From: Dehalococcoidia bacterium
GTDB taxonomy: Bacteria; Chloroflexota; Dehalococcoidia; Lucifugimonadales; Australimonadaceae
Direction: 5' to 3'
Assembly: GCA_965219845.1 (NCBI GenBank)
Contig: CBDCOP010000007.1
Span: 236,442 to 300,441, forward strand
Length of the DNA: 64,000 nt
The position numbers and the translations under genes are program-made. This document shows positions 9,985-19,077 of this stretch, one piece after another. The stretch's first letter is position 1; each line of letters opens with the position of its first letter. The notes under the pieces were generated by a model. That model saw only the letters and a program-made list of their open reading frames with translations, did no database searches and was not told where the DNA came from.

Positions 9985-11331
9985 ATGGCTACGTTAGAGG
10001 ATGGCCGAGCGATAGCGAAATTAGTCGACCATGAGCAGGGACTTGTCAGCCGGAAGATCTTCTCCGACCCCGACATCTACCGGCTGGAGTTGGAGCAGAT
10101 CTTCGCCCGCTGCTGGCTCTACCTCGGCCACGAGTCCCAACTCCCCAGTCCCGGCGATTATATCAACGTGTTCATGGGCGAGGAGCCCGTGCTCGTCGTC
10201 CGCAACCGCCAGGGCAAGCTCAACGCCTTCATCAACAGCTGCCGCCATCGGGGCAACCGCGTCTGCCGGGCGGACGCCGGTAACACAGCTTCCTTCCTGT
10301 GCACGTACCACGGCTGGACGTACGACCTGGACGGCAAGCTGATCGGTGTACCGGGGCACCAGGAGCTGTACCACGGCGAGTTGAACCGCGGGCAGTGGGG
10401 CTTGCCCCCGGTCGCGCAGGTGGCCAGCTACAAGGGGCTGATCTTCGGCACGTTCGACCCGGACGCGCCGTCGTTGGACGAATACCTTGGCAATGCTCGG
10501 TGGGCGCTCGACCTGCTGCTGGAGCAGGGCGACATGGTGGCGGTGCCTGGGATCGCCCGATGGCAGATGAATGCCAATTGGAAGTTCGCGACCGACAACG
10601 CAGGCGACATGTACCACGGCAACATCACGCACCGGTCTGCCAGGATCGCGGGCCACAGGGCTGCCGACGGAGAGCGTACACCTGACCTGACTGACAATCG
10701 AAAGCGGTCGATCATCTCGGGCAAGGTTGGCGGCCCGGGGATCGTCATGCTCGCCGAGTACGGACATCACGCCCTCGGGGTGTACGACGACGACGATCCG
10801 AACGGAGCGACCAACTACTGGAAGCGAGACCCGGAAGTTGCGAAGCGGTTGGGGCCACTGCGTCTGCGTCTGTCACGGAGTAACCAGAACATCTTCCCCA
10901 ACCTGTGGGTGAACACCGGCTCCCGGGAACTGACATTGCGTCAACCCATCGGCCCGACACAGTTGGAGATCTGGAAGACGACGCTGGTGGACCGTAACGC
11001 TCCGCCCGACGCCCGGCACGAGTTCAGGCTCTTCTCGAATCGGCACTTCGGCCCCGCCGGCATGTTCGAGATGGACGATGGTGAGAACTGGGACCAGAGC
11101 ACGTACGGAAGCCGTGGCGAGGTCGTGCGGCAGTATGACCTGAACTATACGATGGGCGTCGGCCACGGCGAGATCATCGAAGACGAACTGGGGCCGCCCC
11201 GGATCGAGGTCCTTTACCACGAGTACGCCCAGCGCTGGCTCTACGGCAACTGGGCCGACTACATCGCCGCGCCAGACTGGCGGTATATCCGCGAGCACCA
11301 CAAACGTCCGAAAGCTGGGATGATCCTTTGA
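9985..11331 (+). CDS. Rieske ring-hydroxylating oxygenase alpha subunit (copy 2)
   Basis: Same motifs as copy 1; ATG 9985 preferred over the overlapping 9946. Confidence 0.94.
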   Translation: MATLEDGRAIAKLVDHEQGLVSRKIFSDPDIYRLELEQIFARCWLYLGHESQLPSPGDYINVFMGEEPVLVVRNRQGKLNAFINSCRHRGNRVCRADAGNTASFLCTYHGWTYDLDGKLIGVPGHQELYHGELNRGQWGLPPVAQVASYKGLIFGTFDPDAPSLDEYLGNARWALDLLLEQGDMVAVPGIARWQMNANWKFATDNAGDMYHGNITHRSARIAGHRAADGERTPDLTDNRKRSIISGKVGGPGIVMLAEYGHHALGVYDDDDPNGATNYWKRDPEVAKRLGPLRLRLSRSNQNIFPNLWVNTGSRELTLRQPIGPTQLEIWKTTLVDRNAPPDARHEFRLFSNRHFGPAGMFEMDDGENWDQSTYGSRGEVVRQYDLNYTMGVGHGEIIEDELGPPRIEVLYHEYAQRWLYGNWADYIAAPDWRYIREHHKRPKAGMIL

Positions 11332-11347
11332 GGCAACGGAGGGAGCG

Positions 11348-12679
11348 ATGACAACAATCAACCCCGGCATGGCGCAGGAATCCGCTCGGCTTGTGAATGT
11401 CGAGCGAGGACTCGTCAGCCGCAGGATCTTCTCCGACCCTGACGTCTACCAGTTGGAGCTGGAGCAGATCTTCGCCCGCTGCTGGCTGTACCTCGGCCAC
11501 GAGTCCCAACTGCCCAACCCCGGCGACTATATCAACGTCTTCATGGGCGAGGAGCCCGTCCTCGTCGTCCGCAACCGCCAGGGCAAGCTCAACGCCTTCA
11601 TCAACAGTTGCCGCCACCGCGGCAATCGCGTCTGCAGGGCGGACGCCGGCAACACGGCTTCCTTCCTGTGCACGTACCACGGCTGGACATACGACCTGGA
11701 AGGGAAGCTGATCGGAGTGCCGGGGCACCAGGAGCTGTACCACGGTGAGTTGAACCGCGGACAGTGGGGCCTGCCCCAGGTTGCGCAGGTGGCCAGCTAC
11801 AAGGGGCTGATCTTCGGGACGTTCGACCCGGACGCACCGTCGTTGGACGAATACCTCGGCGACATGCGGTGGTGGCTGGATGTCCTCCTGGAGCAGGGCG
11901 ACATGGTGGCGGTGCCCGGCGTCGTTCGCTGGCAGATGAATGTCAACTGGAAGTTCGCGGCAGATAACGCCTACGACAACTACCACGGCATGACCCACAT
12001 CTCTTCGATAATTGCAGGCCACAAGGGCGCCGCCGGGACGACGGGGCGCGAACGCTTGGCGGTCTCCGGCGACCAGACCAAGGGCATCAGCGTAGTCACC
12101 GAGTACGGCCACGGCTTCAACGCACCCTACATCGTTGACGAGAGCTTCGATTGGGACGTCCCGACCAACTACTGGCGGAAGGACCCGGAGGTGCAGAGGC
12201 GCCTGGGGCCCGAGCGCATACGGCTGGCCCGGGGCAATGGGAGCGTATTCCCCAATCTGTTCGTCAACCCGGGCTCTCGTGAGTTGATGATCCGGCAACC
12301 GCTCGGTCCGGGCAAGATGGAGATATGGAAGACCACGCTCGTGGACAGGAACGCCCCTCCCGACGCCAGAGAGATGTTTCGGTACGGCTCCAACCGTCAC
12401 TTCGGGCCCGCCGGCATGTTCGAGATGGACGACGGCGAGAACTGGGACCTGAGCACATACGGAACGAAGTCGCCCGTAGCCAGGAGGAACGACCTCAACT
12501 ACTCGATGGGGCTTGGGCACGGCCATATCGTTGAGGACGAGTCGGGCCCCCCTCGCATCGAGAACGTTCGGAACGAGCATGGCCAACTGTGGCACTACCG
12601 TTGCTGGTCGGAGTACATGGCTGCACCGGACTGGAGATACCTCCGCGAGCACCATTCAACACCCAAGGGCACGTTGTAA
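11348..12679 (+). CDS. Rieske ring-hydroxylating oxygenase alpha subunit (copy 3)
   Basis: Same motifs; GGAGGG SD. Confidence 0.95.
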   Translation: MTTINPGMAQESARLVNVERGLVSRRIFSDPDVYQLELEQIFARCWLYLGHESQLPNPGDYINVFMGEEPVLVVRNRQGKLNAFINSCRHRGNRVCRADAGNTASFLCTYHGWTYDLEGKLIGVPGHQELYHGELNRGQWGLPQVAQVASYKGLIFGTFDPDAPSLDEYLGDMRWWLDVLLEQGDMVAVPGVVRWQMNVNWKFAADNAYDNYHGMTHISSIIAGHKGAAGTTGRERLAVSGDQTKGISVVTEYGHGFNAPYIVDESFDWDVPTNYWRKDPEVQRRLGPERIRLARGNGSVFPNLFVNPGSRELMIRQPLGPGKMEIWKTTLVDRNAPPDAREMFRYGSNRHFGPAGMFEMDDGENWDLSTYGTKSPVARRNDLNYSMGLGHGHIVEDESGPPRIENVRNEHGQLWHYRCWSEYMAAPDWRYLREHHSTPKGTL

Positions 12680-12813
12680 CGCGCACAGAGCACCCGGGCG
12701 CACGCGTTCGTCCGGGTGCTTCCATACTCCCAGGAGGGCTTGGCCATGACATGGCGGGAAGACCCTTCGTTCCGTTCCCAGAACCAGCAGTTCCAGCCGA
12801 AGGCGGACTACGA

Positions 12814-14040
12814 ATGCAGCGAAGTGAGTGTCGCATACTGACCACCCACGTCGGAAGCCTGGTCCGCACGCCCGAGATAATCCAAGCCATGGAGGCGCTG
12901 GACCAGGGCATGCCATACGACGAGCAGACGTACCGAGACGACCTGCGCCAGGGAGTGGCAGATGCGGTGCGGAGGCAGGCGGAGGTGGGGATCGACGTCG
13001 TGAGCGACGGCGAGTACGGCAAGCGCGGATGGAGCCAGTATGTTATCGAACGGTTCACCGGGCTGGAGCCGGAGCAGCGCGAAGAGTCACGTACCTTCAT
13101 GGACCGCGGCCCACGGGAAGGCCGGTTCGTGGACTTCTGGAGCCGCTATCGCAAGCTTGAAACGGTGATCTGGCTGCCGGAGCATGCCTTCGGCAACGCC
13201 GTCAGAGCGGGCAAGCTCGGCTCAGGCCTCACGCAGACGGCCTGGGTTTGCACAGGCCCAGTGACGTATCGCGGCCACGATGCGGTCGCGAGAGACATCG
13301 AGAACTTCAAAGCAGCGCTGGGGACGGTGGAGGTCGTGGAGGCGTTCATGCCCGTCGTGGCGCCATGCAGCGCCGAGGTCACCCGCGAGAACCGTTACTA
13401 CGACTCCGACGAGGACTACCTCTCCGCCGTCGCCGCGGCCCTCAGAGAAGAGTACCGCGCAATCGTCGACGCGGGCCTGCTGCTCCAGGTCGACGACGCA
13501 CACCTGCCGATGCGGTTCAGTACGATGGCCGCCCAGGGGCGGGCCGACGAGTGGGAGCGTTGGGCTGCGCTCCGGATCGACGCGCTCAACGCGGCGCTGG
13601 AGGGGATACCACCAGACAGGGTGCGGTACCACATCTGCTGGGGCAGCCAGAATGCTCCGCACCTGGATGACGCTCCCCTCCGAGCTGTCATAGCCCAGGT
13701 GTTGCGGGTCAATGCGGATGCCTTCGTCATCGAATCGGCGAACCCGCGCCATGAGCACGAGTGGACGGTCTGGAAAGACGTGAAACTCCCGGCAGGCAAG
13801 ACGTTGGTCGCGGGAGTCGTGAGCCACGCAACCAACATCGTCGAGCATCCGGAACTCGTCGCCTCGAGGATCAAGAACTTCGCTCATGCACTTGGCAGGG
13901 AGAACGTAATGGCGGGGACCGACTGCGGTTTCTCGCAGAACTGGAACCTCATCAGAGTGCACCCATCCGTGCAGTGGGCCAAGCTGGAGTCACTGGCTCA
14001 GGGCGCGGAGCTTGCGTCCAGGGAACTGTGGGGAAGATAG
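12814..14040 (+). CDS. Cobalamin-independent methionine synthase II family (MetE C-terminal-like) Zn enzyme
   Basis: TTHVGSL, SDGE, HICWG, and DCG Zn-ligand motifs. Confidence 0.88.
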   Translation: MQRSECRILTTHVGSLVRTPEIIQAMEALDQGMPYDEQTYRDDLRQGVADAVRRQAEVGIDVVSDGEYGKRGWSQYVIERFTGLEPEQREESRTFMDRGPREGRFVDFWSRYRKLETVIWLPEHAFGNAVRAGKLGSGLTQTAWVCTGPVTYRGHDAVARDIENFKAALGTVEVVEAFMPVVAPCSAEVTRENRYYDSDEDYLSAVAAALREEYRAIVDAGLLLQVDDAHLPMRFSTMAAQGRADEWERWAALRIDALNAALEGIPPDRVRYHICWGSQNAPHLDDAPLRAVIAQVLRVNADAFVIESANPRHEHEWTVWKDVKLPAGKTLVAGVVSHATNIVEHPELVASRIKNFAHALGRENVMAGTDCGFSQNWNLIRVHPSVQWAKLESLAQGAELASRELWGR

Positions 14041-14226
14041 CAGGTTGAGCATCATCCCTACATGCGCCGCCGTTTGCGCTATGATGGGCGTGGTTTCGTC
14101 CCGGACGTAGCGGAGGTCCGATAGCGACACTGTTCCAAGCCGCGCGACACACGGGCGCGTCTGATCGGCCCCATCGAGGCAAGAGAGCGGGATGGTCTTC
14201 TGAAGCACCGAAGCGGAGGGACAGCG

Positions 14227-15567
14227 ATGACAACGACTGACCTGGACACGACGGGAGAACCCGGCCAACTGGTGAATGTGGAGCAGGGACTCGTCAACCG
14301 GAAGATCTTCTCTGACCCGGACGTCTACCAGCAGGAGCTGGAGCAGGTCTTCGCCCGCTGCTGGCTCTACCTCGGCCACGAGTCCCAACTTCCCAACCCC
14401 GGCGACTACATCAACGTCTTCATGGGCGAAGAGCCTGTCCTCGTAGTCCGCAACCGCCAGGGCAAGCTCAACGCCTTCATCAACAGCTGCCGCCACCGGG
14501 GTAACCGCGTCTGCAGGGCGGACGGCGGCAACACGGCCTCATTCCTGTGCACGTACCACGGCTGGACATACGACCTGGAAGGGAAGCTGATCGGCGTGCC
14601 GGGACACCAGGAGCTGTACCACGGCGAGTTGAACCGTGGACAGTGGGGTCTGCCCCAGGTCGCGCAGGTGGCCAGCTACAAGGGGCTGATATTCGGCACG
14701 TTCGACCCGGACGCGCCATCGTTGGACGAGTACCTCGGCGATATGCGGTGGGGGCTGGACATGCTCCTCGACCAGGGCGACATGGTTGCGGTGCCCGGCA
14801 TCGTCCGCTGGCAGATGAATGTCAACTGGAAGTTCCCCTCAGACAACGCGATCGGCGACACGTACCACGGACGCGTCTCTCACCTCTCGGCCGTCGTCGC
14901 TGGTCACACCGGGGCCAACACGACCACCGCAGCCAACGCGCGACCGCCGGCCATCGGCAAACGGCCGGGCATGTCGATGGTCATGGAGTACGGCCACGGC
15001 CTCAACGCCGACTACATAGACGAGTCGCGGTTCAACTGGGACGCACCGGGCGCTTATTGGATGAAGGACCCGGAGACCGTCAAGCGCCTCGGCCCCATGC
15101 GCAGCCGGATCCCTCGGAGCAACCAGAACGTATTCCCGAACCTGTTCGTGAACTCTGGCTCGCGCGAACTCATGCTGCGTAACCCGCTCGGCCCACGAAA
15201 GCTCGAGATCTGGAAGACGACGCTGATCGACCGCAACGCGCCCCCTGAGGCCGCCCGCGCCCAGTTGTTCGGGTCGAACCGGCATTTCGGCCCCGGCGGT
15301 GTGTTCGAGCAGGATGACGGCGAAAACTGGGACCAGAGCACGAATGGCTCCTCAACCACCGTCGCACGGCGCTACGACCTGAACTACTCGATGTCGCTCG
15401 GGTACGGCGAAGTCGTTGAGGACGAACTGAGCCCCCCACGCATCGAGACGATCACCAACGAACACTGTCAGCTGTGGATGTACCGGTGCTGGGCCGAGTA
15501 CATGGCCGCTTCGAGCTGGAAGCACTTGAGAGAGCACCATTCACGGCCGCACGGCCAGCGCCTGTAG
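14227..15567 (+). CDS. Rieske ring-hydroxylating oxygenase alpha subunit (copy 4)
   Basis: Same motifs; GGAGGG SD. Confidence 0.95.
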   Translation: MTTTDLDTTGEPGQLVNVEQGLVNRKIFSDPDVYQQELEQVFARCWLYLGHESQLPNPGDYINVFMGEEPVLVVRNRQGKLNAFINSCRHRGNRVCRADGGNTASFLCTYHGWTYDLEGKLIGVPGHQELYHGELNRGQWGLPQVAQVASYKGLIFGTFDPDAPSLDEYLGDMRWGLDMLLDQGDMVAVPGIVRWQMNVNWKFPSDNAIGDTYHGRVSHLSAVVAGHTGANTTTAANARPPAIGKRPGMSMVMEYGHGLNADYIDESRFNWDAPGAYWMKDPETVKRLGPMRSRIPRSNQNVFPNLFVNSGSRELMLRNPLGPRKLEIWKTTLIDRNAPPEAARAQLFGSNRHFGPGGVFEQDDGENWDQSTNGSSTTVARRYDLNYSMSLGYGEVVEDELSPPRIETITNEHCQLWMYRCWAEYMAASSWKHLREHHSRPHGQRL

Positions 15568-15650
15568 CAGGATCAGGGGGATATGACTACGACGCCATCC
15601 GCGCCCGCGTTCGGGTAGACCACCATTCCGACCACAGGAGGGAAACTGCG

Positions 15651-16238
15651 ATGACGATGAACTACGTAGACCCAAGTGAGCTCAGGCTCAGCGGTGAGAA
15701 CCCCTACATGATGCTCTACAGCGAGCCGGGTGGGCCGGTTACGACGTTCGTCAGCCTTTGGCGCGTCTACCTCTCTCCCTATGGGGAGGGCCACACGCTC
15801 TTTCTACGCAGCGAGCTGACCGGCGACGAGCCTATGGTGTGGACCGACAACATCATGCTGACCCGTTGGATCCAGGAAGAGATCACAGCGAAGAACAACC
15901 CCTTCAGCGACTCAACCCTCAAGGCGGTCGACGCCACGTTCAGCAGGAGCGGCAACTGCCTCACCGAGGTGACCCACGCCGTCATCTCCCGTGATGACGA
16001 GATAATGCTCACCTGGTACGACTTCCTGCCCGCGTTCGCCGGCATCAGGGGCCATGACCTTTCGGCCGGAGTGACTCACGGCCACTACGCCACCTACGTC
16101 CCCGCGCAGCGGGTCAAGGTGACCCGCAACGGCGACGACTGCGTTGGGCAGCCCATCGAGCGGGACCGGGAAGGGTGGAAATCCTCCAGCGCCTTCCTCG
16201 CACTGGCGGAGACCTGGGTGAGGGCCCGGCCCGAGTAG
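15651..16238 (+). CDS. Hypothetical protein (MTMNYVDPSELRLSGENP...)
   Basis: AGGAGG SD, typical codon usage, followed by a terminator; no recognised domain. Confidence 0.75.
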   Translation: MTMNYVDPSELRLSGENPYMMLYSEPGGPVTTFVSLWRVYLSPYGEGHTLFLRSELTGDEPMVWTDNIMLTRWIQEEITAKNNPFSDSTLKAVDATFSRSGNCLTEVTHAVISRDDEIMLTWYDFLPAFAGIRGHDLSAGVTHGHYATYVPAQRVKVTRNGDDCVGQPIERDREGWKSSSAFLALAETWVRARPE

Positions 16239-16257
16239 CCGAGGACCGACGACACAG

Positions 16258-16288
16258 AGAAAGGCCGCCTCGACGAGGCGGCCTTTCT
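16258..16288. terminator. Bidirectional intrinsic terminator
   Basis: GAAAGGCCGCCTC-GAC-GAGGCGGCCTTTC between convergent genes. Confidence 0.8.
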
Positions 16289-16313
16289 GTTTGCCGAATT
16301 CACGTCGGCCCGC

Positions 16314-17099
16314 TCAGGCCAGCGGCGCGATATCAACGTCGCCCCAGACAACTCCCCACTGAGCGTCCCTGCTGAGCCCGCACAGGATCTGTCCGCTCAT
16401 GAACGACTCGTTGACGAGCGGCGCTTCCAGGTAGGTGCGAAACACCGGACCCCAGCACCACTTGCCGTCGTCCCGGTGCTCGAGCACGCGGTGGTGCGCC
16501 TGGGACTCTTCATCCTTGTACGCCATCATGTGCAGGTATTCGGCGTGGCCCTTGGTCGGCTGGGGAAGGAACGTCGAGCCCTCAGCGGGCCGCCTGCACA
16601 TGGTGTACAGCACCGTCCCCGGCTCGCCCTTGGTCACCACGCCGATCTGGTGAGAAGCATGACCCTCGAACTCTTCCTCCGTCCCCTCCTTGATATAGAA
16701 CCGGTGGAAGGCGAAGCGGTACTGATTGGCATCCCAGGTCCAGTCTCGTGTGAGCCCCGTTGTGATGTCCGGGGTGTAGTAGCGCTCAGACTCCCACAGG
16801 CCGTCGAGGTACTTCCTGAAGGTTGGCCCCCACCATTCCTGCTCCAGGTCGGTGTGGTGCTTGTCGTCTTCCTCGCTAAGATACGCTTGGACATGGATGT
16901 ATTCAGAGCGGTTGTTCTTCGGTTTTCCCAGGATCGTCGAGCCATCCGGGCCGCGCTTGCAGAACGCGTACAACGCCGTGCCAGGCTCGTTCTCCCGCAC
17001 GCGCGACACCTGCTCGGCGCAGGCGCGCTCGAACTCTTCGGCGTTCTCATCCAACACGGTCATCCGCATGATGCTGACTCGGTACATGCCTGCCTCCAT
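16314..17099 (-). CDS. Tandem ABM-like (dimeric alpha/beta barrel, putative cofactor-free monooxygenase) protein
   Basis: Two internal repeats of EEFE...EPGT.LY..C.R...G; lies downstream of the beta subunit. Confidence 0.7.
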   Translation of the reverse strand: MEAGMYRVSIMRMTVLDENAEEFERACAEQVSRVRENEPGTALYAFCKRGPDGSTILGKPKNNRSEYIHVQAYLSEEDDKHHTDLEQEWWGPTFRKYLDGLWESERYYTPDITTGLTRDWTWDANQYRFAFHRFYIKEGTEEEFEGHASHQIGVVTKGEPGTVLYTMCRRPAEGSTFLPQPTKGHAEYLHMMAYKDEESQAHHRVLEHRDDGKWCWGPVFRTYLEAPLVNESFMSGQILCGLSRDAQWGVVWGDVDIAPLA

Positions 17100-17148
17100 G
17101 ACTGGGGAGCCGCTCGAGTGATCCCCGGATACGAACCTGCCGGTCCGG

Positions 17149-17712
17149 TTAGAAGAAAACGCTCAGGTTCTTCGATCGCAGACTAACCTGGTCGAGGAAG
17201 ATGTGCCGGCGGGAGACCCTCCACTGCCCGTCTTCTTTGCGAAGCGTGTCCTCGCGGCGCCCCACCCACATATCTTCGTCCGAAGCAAGCCGGGAGCGGT
17301 AGACGAGGATGCTCGAGCTGACGTCGACCTCTTCGGGGTCCTCCCGGCGGGCCAGGATACGGACGCCGTGCACGAAGTGGCGGCTGCGCGAAGGGGGGTC
17401 CTCCGACCACGAGTAGCCGGTATCGAGCTTCCTGACGCGCTCCTCTATGAATTCCTTGTTGTCGTCGAACAGGGCGGATTCGCCCATCTTGGTGAACTCG
17501 AACTCCTCGTCGCCCACCTGGCGCGTGCTCCGGACGGGCATCCAGTACTCGAGGTCATCGGTCAGCAGCGTGAGCCATTCGTGGAACTTACGCCCGTCGA
17601 GCAGAGCGGACTCTTCCGCTAAGAACCGCTCTATCTCGTATTGCAGCAGCATGTCTTCGACAGTGGCGCGCTGCGTACCAACCTTGCTTGGAATCGTCTC
17701 TTCGATCGCCAT
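17149..17712 (-). CDS. Ring-hydroxylating dioxygenase beta subunit
   Basis: E..LLD.R...EWL, YWMP, WSEDPPSRSRH, REDTLR, KNLSVFF; TGATG coupling to the upstream alpha. Confidence 0.95.
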   Translation of the reverse strand: MAIEETIPSKVGTQRATVEDMLLQYEIERFLAEESALLDGRKFHEWLTLLTDDLEYWMPVRSTRQVGDEEFEFTKMGESALFDDNKEFIEERVRKLDTGYSWSEDPPSRSRHFVHGVRILARREDPEEVDVSSSILVYRSRLASDEDMWVGRREDTLRKEDGQWRVSRRHIFLDQVSLRSKNLSVFF

Positions 17713-19055
17713 CACAGCACCTGATCATGGGGTTTGATGTGATGATCGCGCAGGTGCTTCCAGTTCGGAGCGTCCATGTACTCCGCCCAGCACCGGTACA
17801 TCCACAACTGCGCGTGCTCATTCGTGAGGCTGTCGATCCGAGGCGGACCAAGCTCGTCGACGATCACTTCGCCATGCCCCACGGACATGGAGTAGTTCAA
17901 GTCGTACTGCCGCGAGGTCAGTCCCCTCGCCCCGTAGGTGCTCTGGTCCCAGTTGTCGCCGTCGTCCTCTTCGAACATGCCCGCCGGTCCGAAGTGACGG
18001 TTCGCGCCGTATGTCATCCCCCGTTGGGCCTCGGGGGGCGCGTTGCGGTCGATAAGGGTCGTCTTCCAGATCTCCATCTTCATCGGGCCGAGCGGGTTGC
18101 GCAGCATCAACTCGCGAGAGCCGGAGTTCACGAACAGGTTCGGAAACACGTTCTGGTTGCTCCGTGCTACCTTGCTCCGCAACGGGCCGAGCCGATTCTG
18201 GATCTCCGGGTCCTTCCGCCAGTACGCGCCAGGTGCATCCCAGTTGAATTCGTCCTCCAGGATGAAGTTGGCGTTGAACCCGTGGCCGTATTCCGTGACC
18301 ACGGTGAACCCGGGCCCGCCCAGGCGGCGTTGCCCTGGCTTCGCGTCAGGCCCCACCTTCCGGCTGCCCTCCGCTCCCCGGTGCCCTGCCAGGAAGGCTG
18401 AGCGGTGAGCGACATTGCCGTGGTACATGTCGCCGATCGCGTTGTCGGCCGCGAACTTCCAGTTGACGTCCATCTGCCAGCGGATCACGCCCGGCATCAC
18501 AACCATGTCGCCCTGGTCGAGGAGCAGATCGAGGCCCCATCGCATATCGCCGAGGTACTCGTCCAAAGACGGTGCGTCCGGGTCGAACGTGCCGAAGATC
18601 AGCCCCTTGTAGCTGGCCACCTGCGCGACCTGGGGAAGGCCCCACTGTCCGCGGTTCAACTCGCCGTGGTACAGCTCCTGGTGCCCCGGCACACCGATCA
18701 GCTTCCCTTCCAGGTCGTACGTCCAGCCGTGGTACGTGCACAGGAAGGCGGCCGTGTTGCCGGCGTCCGCCCGGCAGACGCGGTTGCCGCGGTGGCGGCA
18801 GCTGTTGATGAAGGCGTTGAGCTTGCCCTGGCGGTTGCGGACGACGAGCACGGGCTCCTCGCCCATGAACACGTTGATGTAGTCGCCGGGGTTGGGAAGT
18901 TGGGACTCGTGGCCGAGGTAGAGCCAGCAGCGGGCGAAGACCTGCTCCAGCTCCTGCTGGTAGACGTCCGGGTCCGCAAAGATCTTGCGGTTCACCAGTC
19001 CACTCTCCTGATCTACGAGCCTGGAATACGTCCCGTGTCTAACATCTGTTGCCAT
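17712..19055 (-). CDS. Rieske ring-hydroxylating oxygenase alpha subunit (copy 5)
   Basis: Same motifs; start MATDVRHG. Confidence 0.95.
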   Translation of the reverse strand: MATDVRHGTYSRLVDQESGLVNRKIFADPDVYQQELEQVFARCWLYLGHESQLPNPGDYINVFMGEEPVLVVRNRQGKLNAFINSCRHRGNRVCRADAGNTAAFLCTYHGWTYDLEGKLIGVPGHQELYHGELNRGQWGLPQVAQVASYKGLIFGTFDPDAPSLDEYLGDMRWGLDLLLDQGDMVVMPGVIRWQMDVNWKFAADNAIGDMYHGNVAHRSAFLAGHRGAEGSRKVGPDAKPGQRRLGGPGFTVVTEYGHGFNANFILEDEFNWDAPGAYWRKDPEIQNRLGPLRSKVARSNQNVFPNLFVNSGSRELMLRNPLGPMKMEIWKTTLIDRNAPPEAQRGMTYGANRHFGPAGMFEEDDGDNWDQSTYGARGLTSRQYDLNYSMSVGHGEVIVDELGPPRIDSLTNEHAQLWMYRCWAEYMDAPNWKHLRDHHIKPHDQVL

Positions 19056-19077
19056 CGCGAAACTCCTGTGCCTCGGA

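Noticed and set aside
15583-15618. Mini-ORF MTTTPSAPAFG after Rieske copy 4
   Set aside because: Too short to support; it may be a vestigial start of a deleted paralog.
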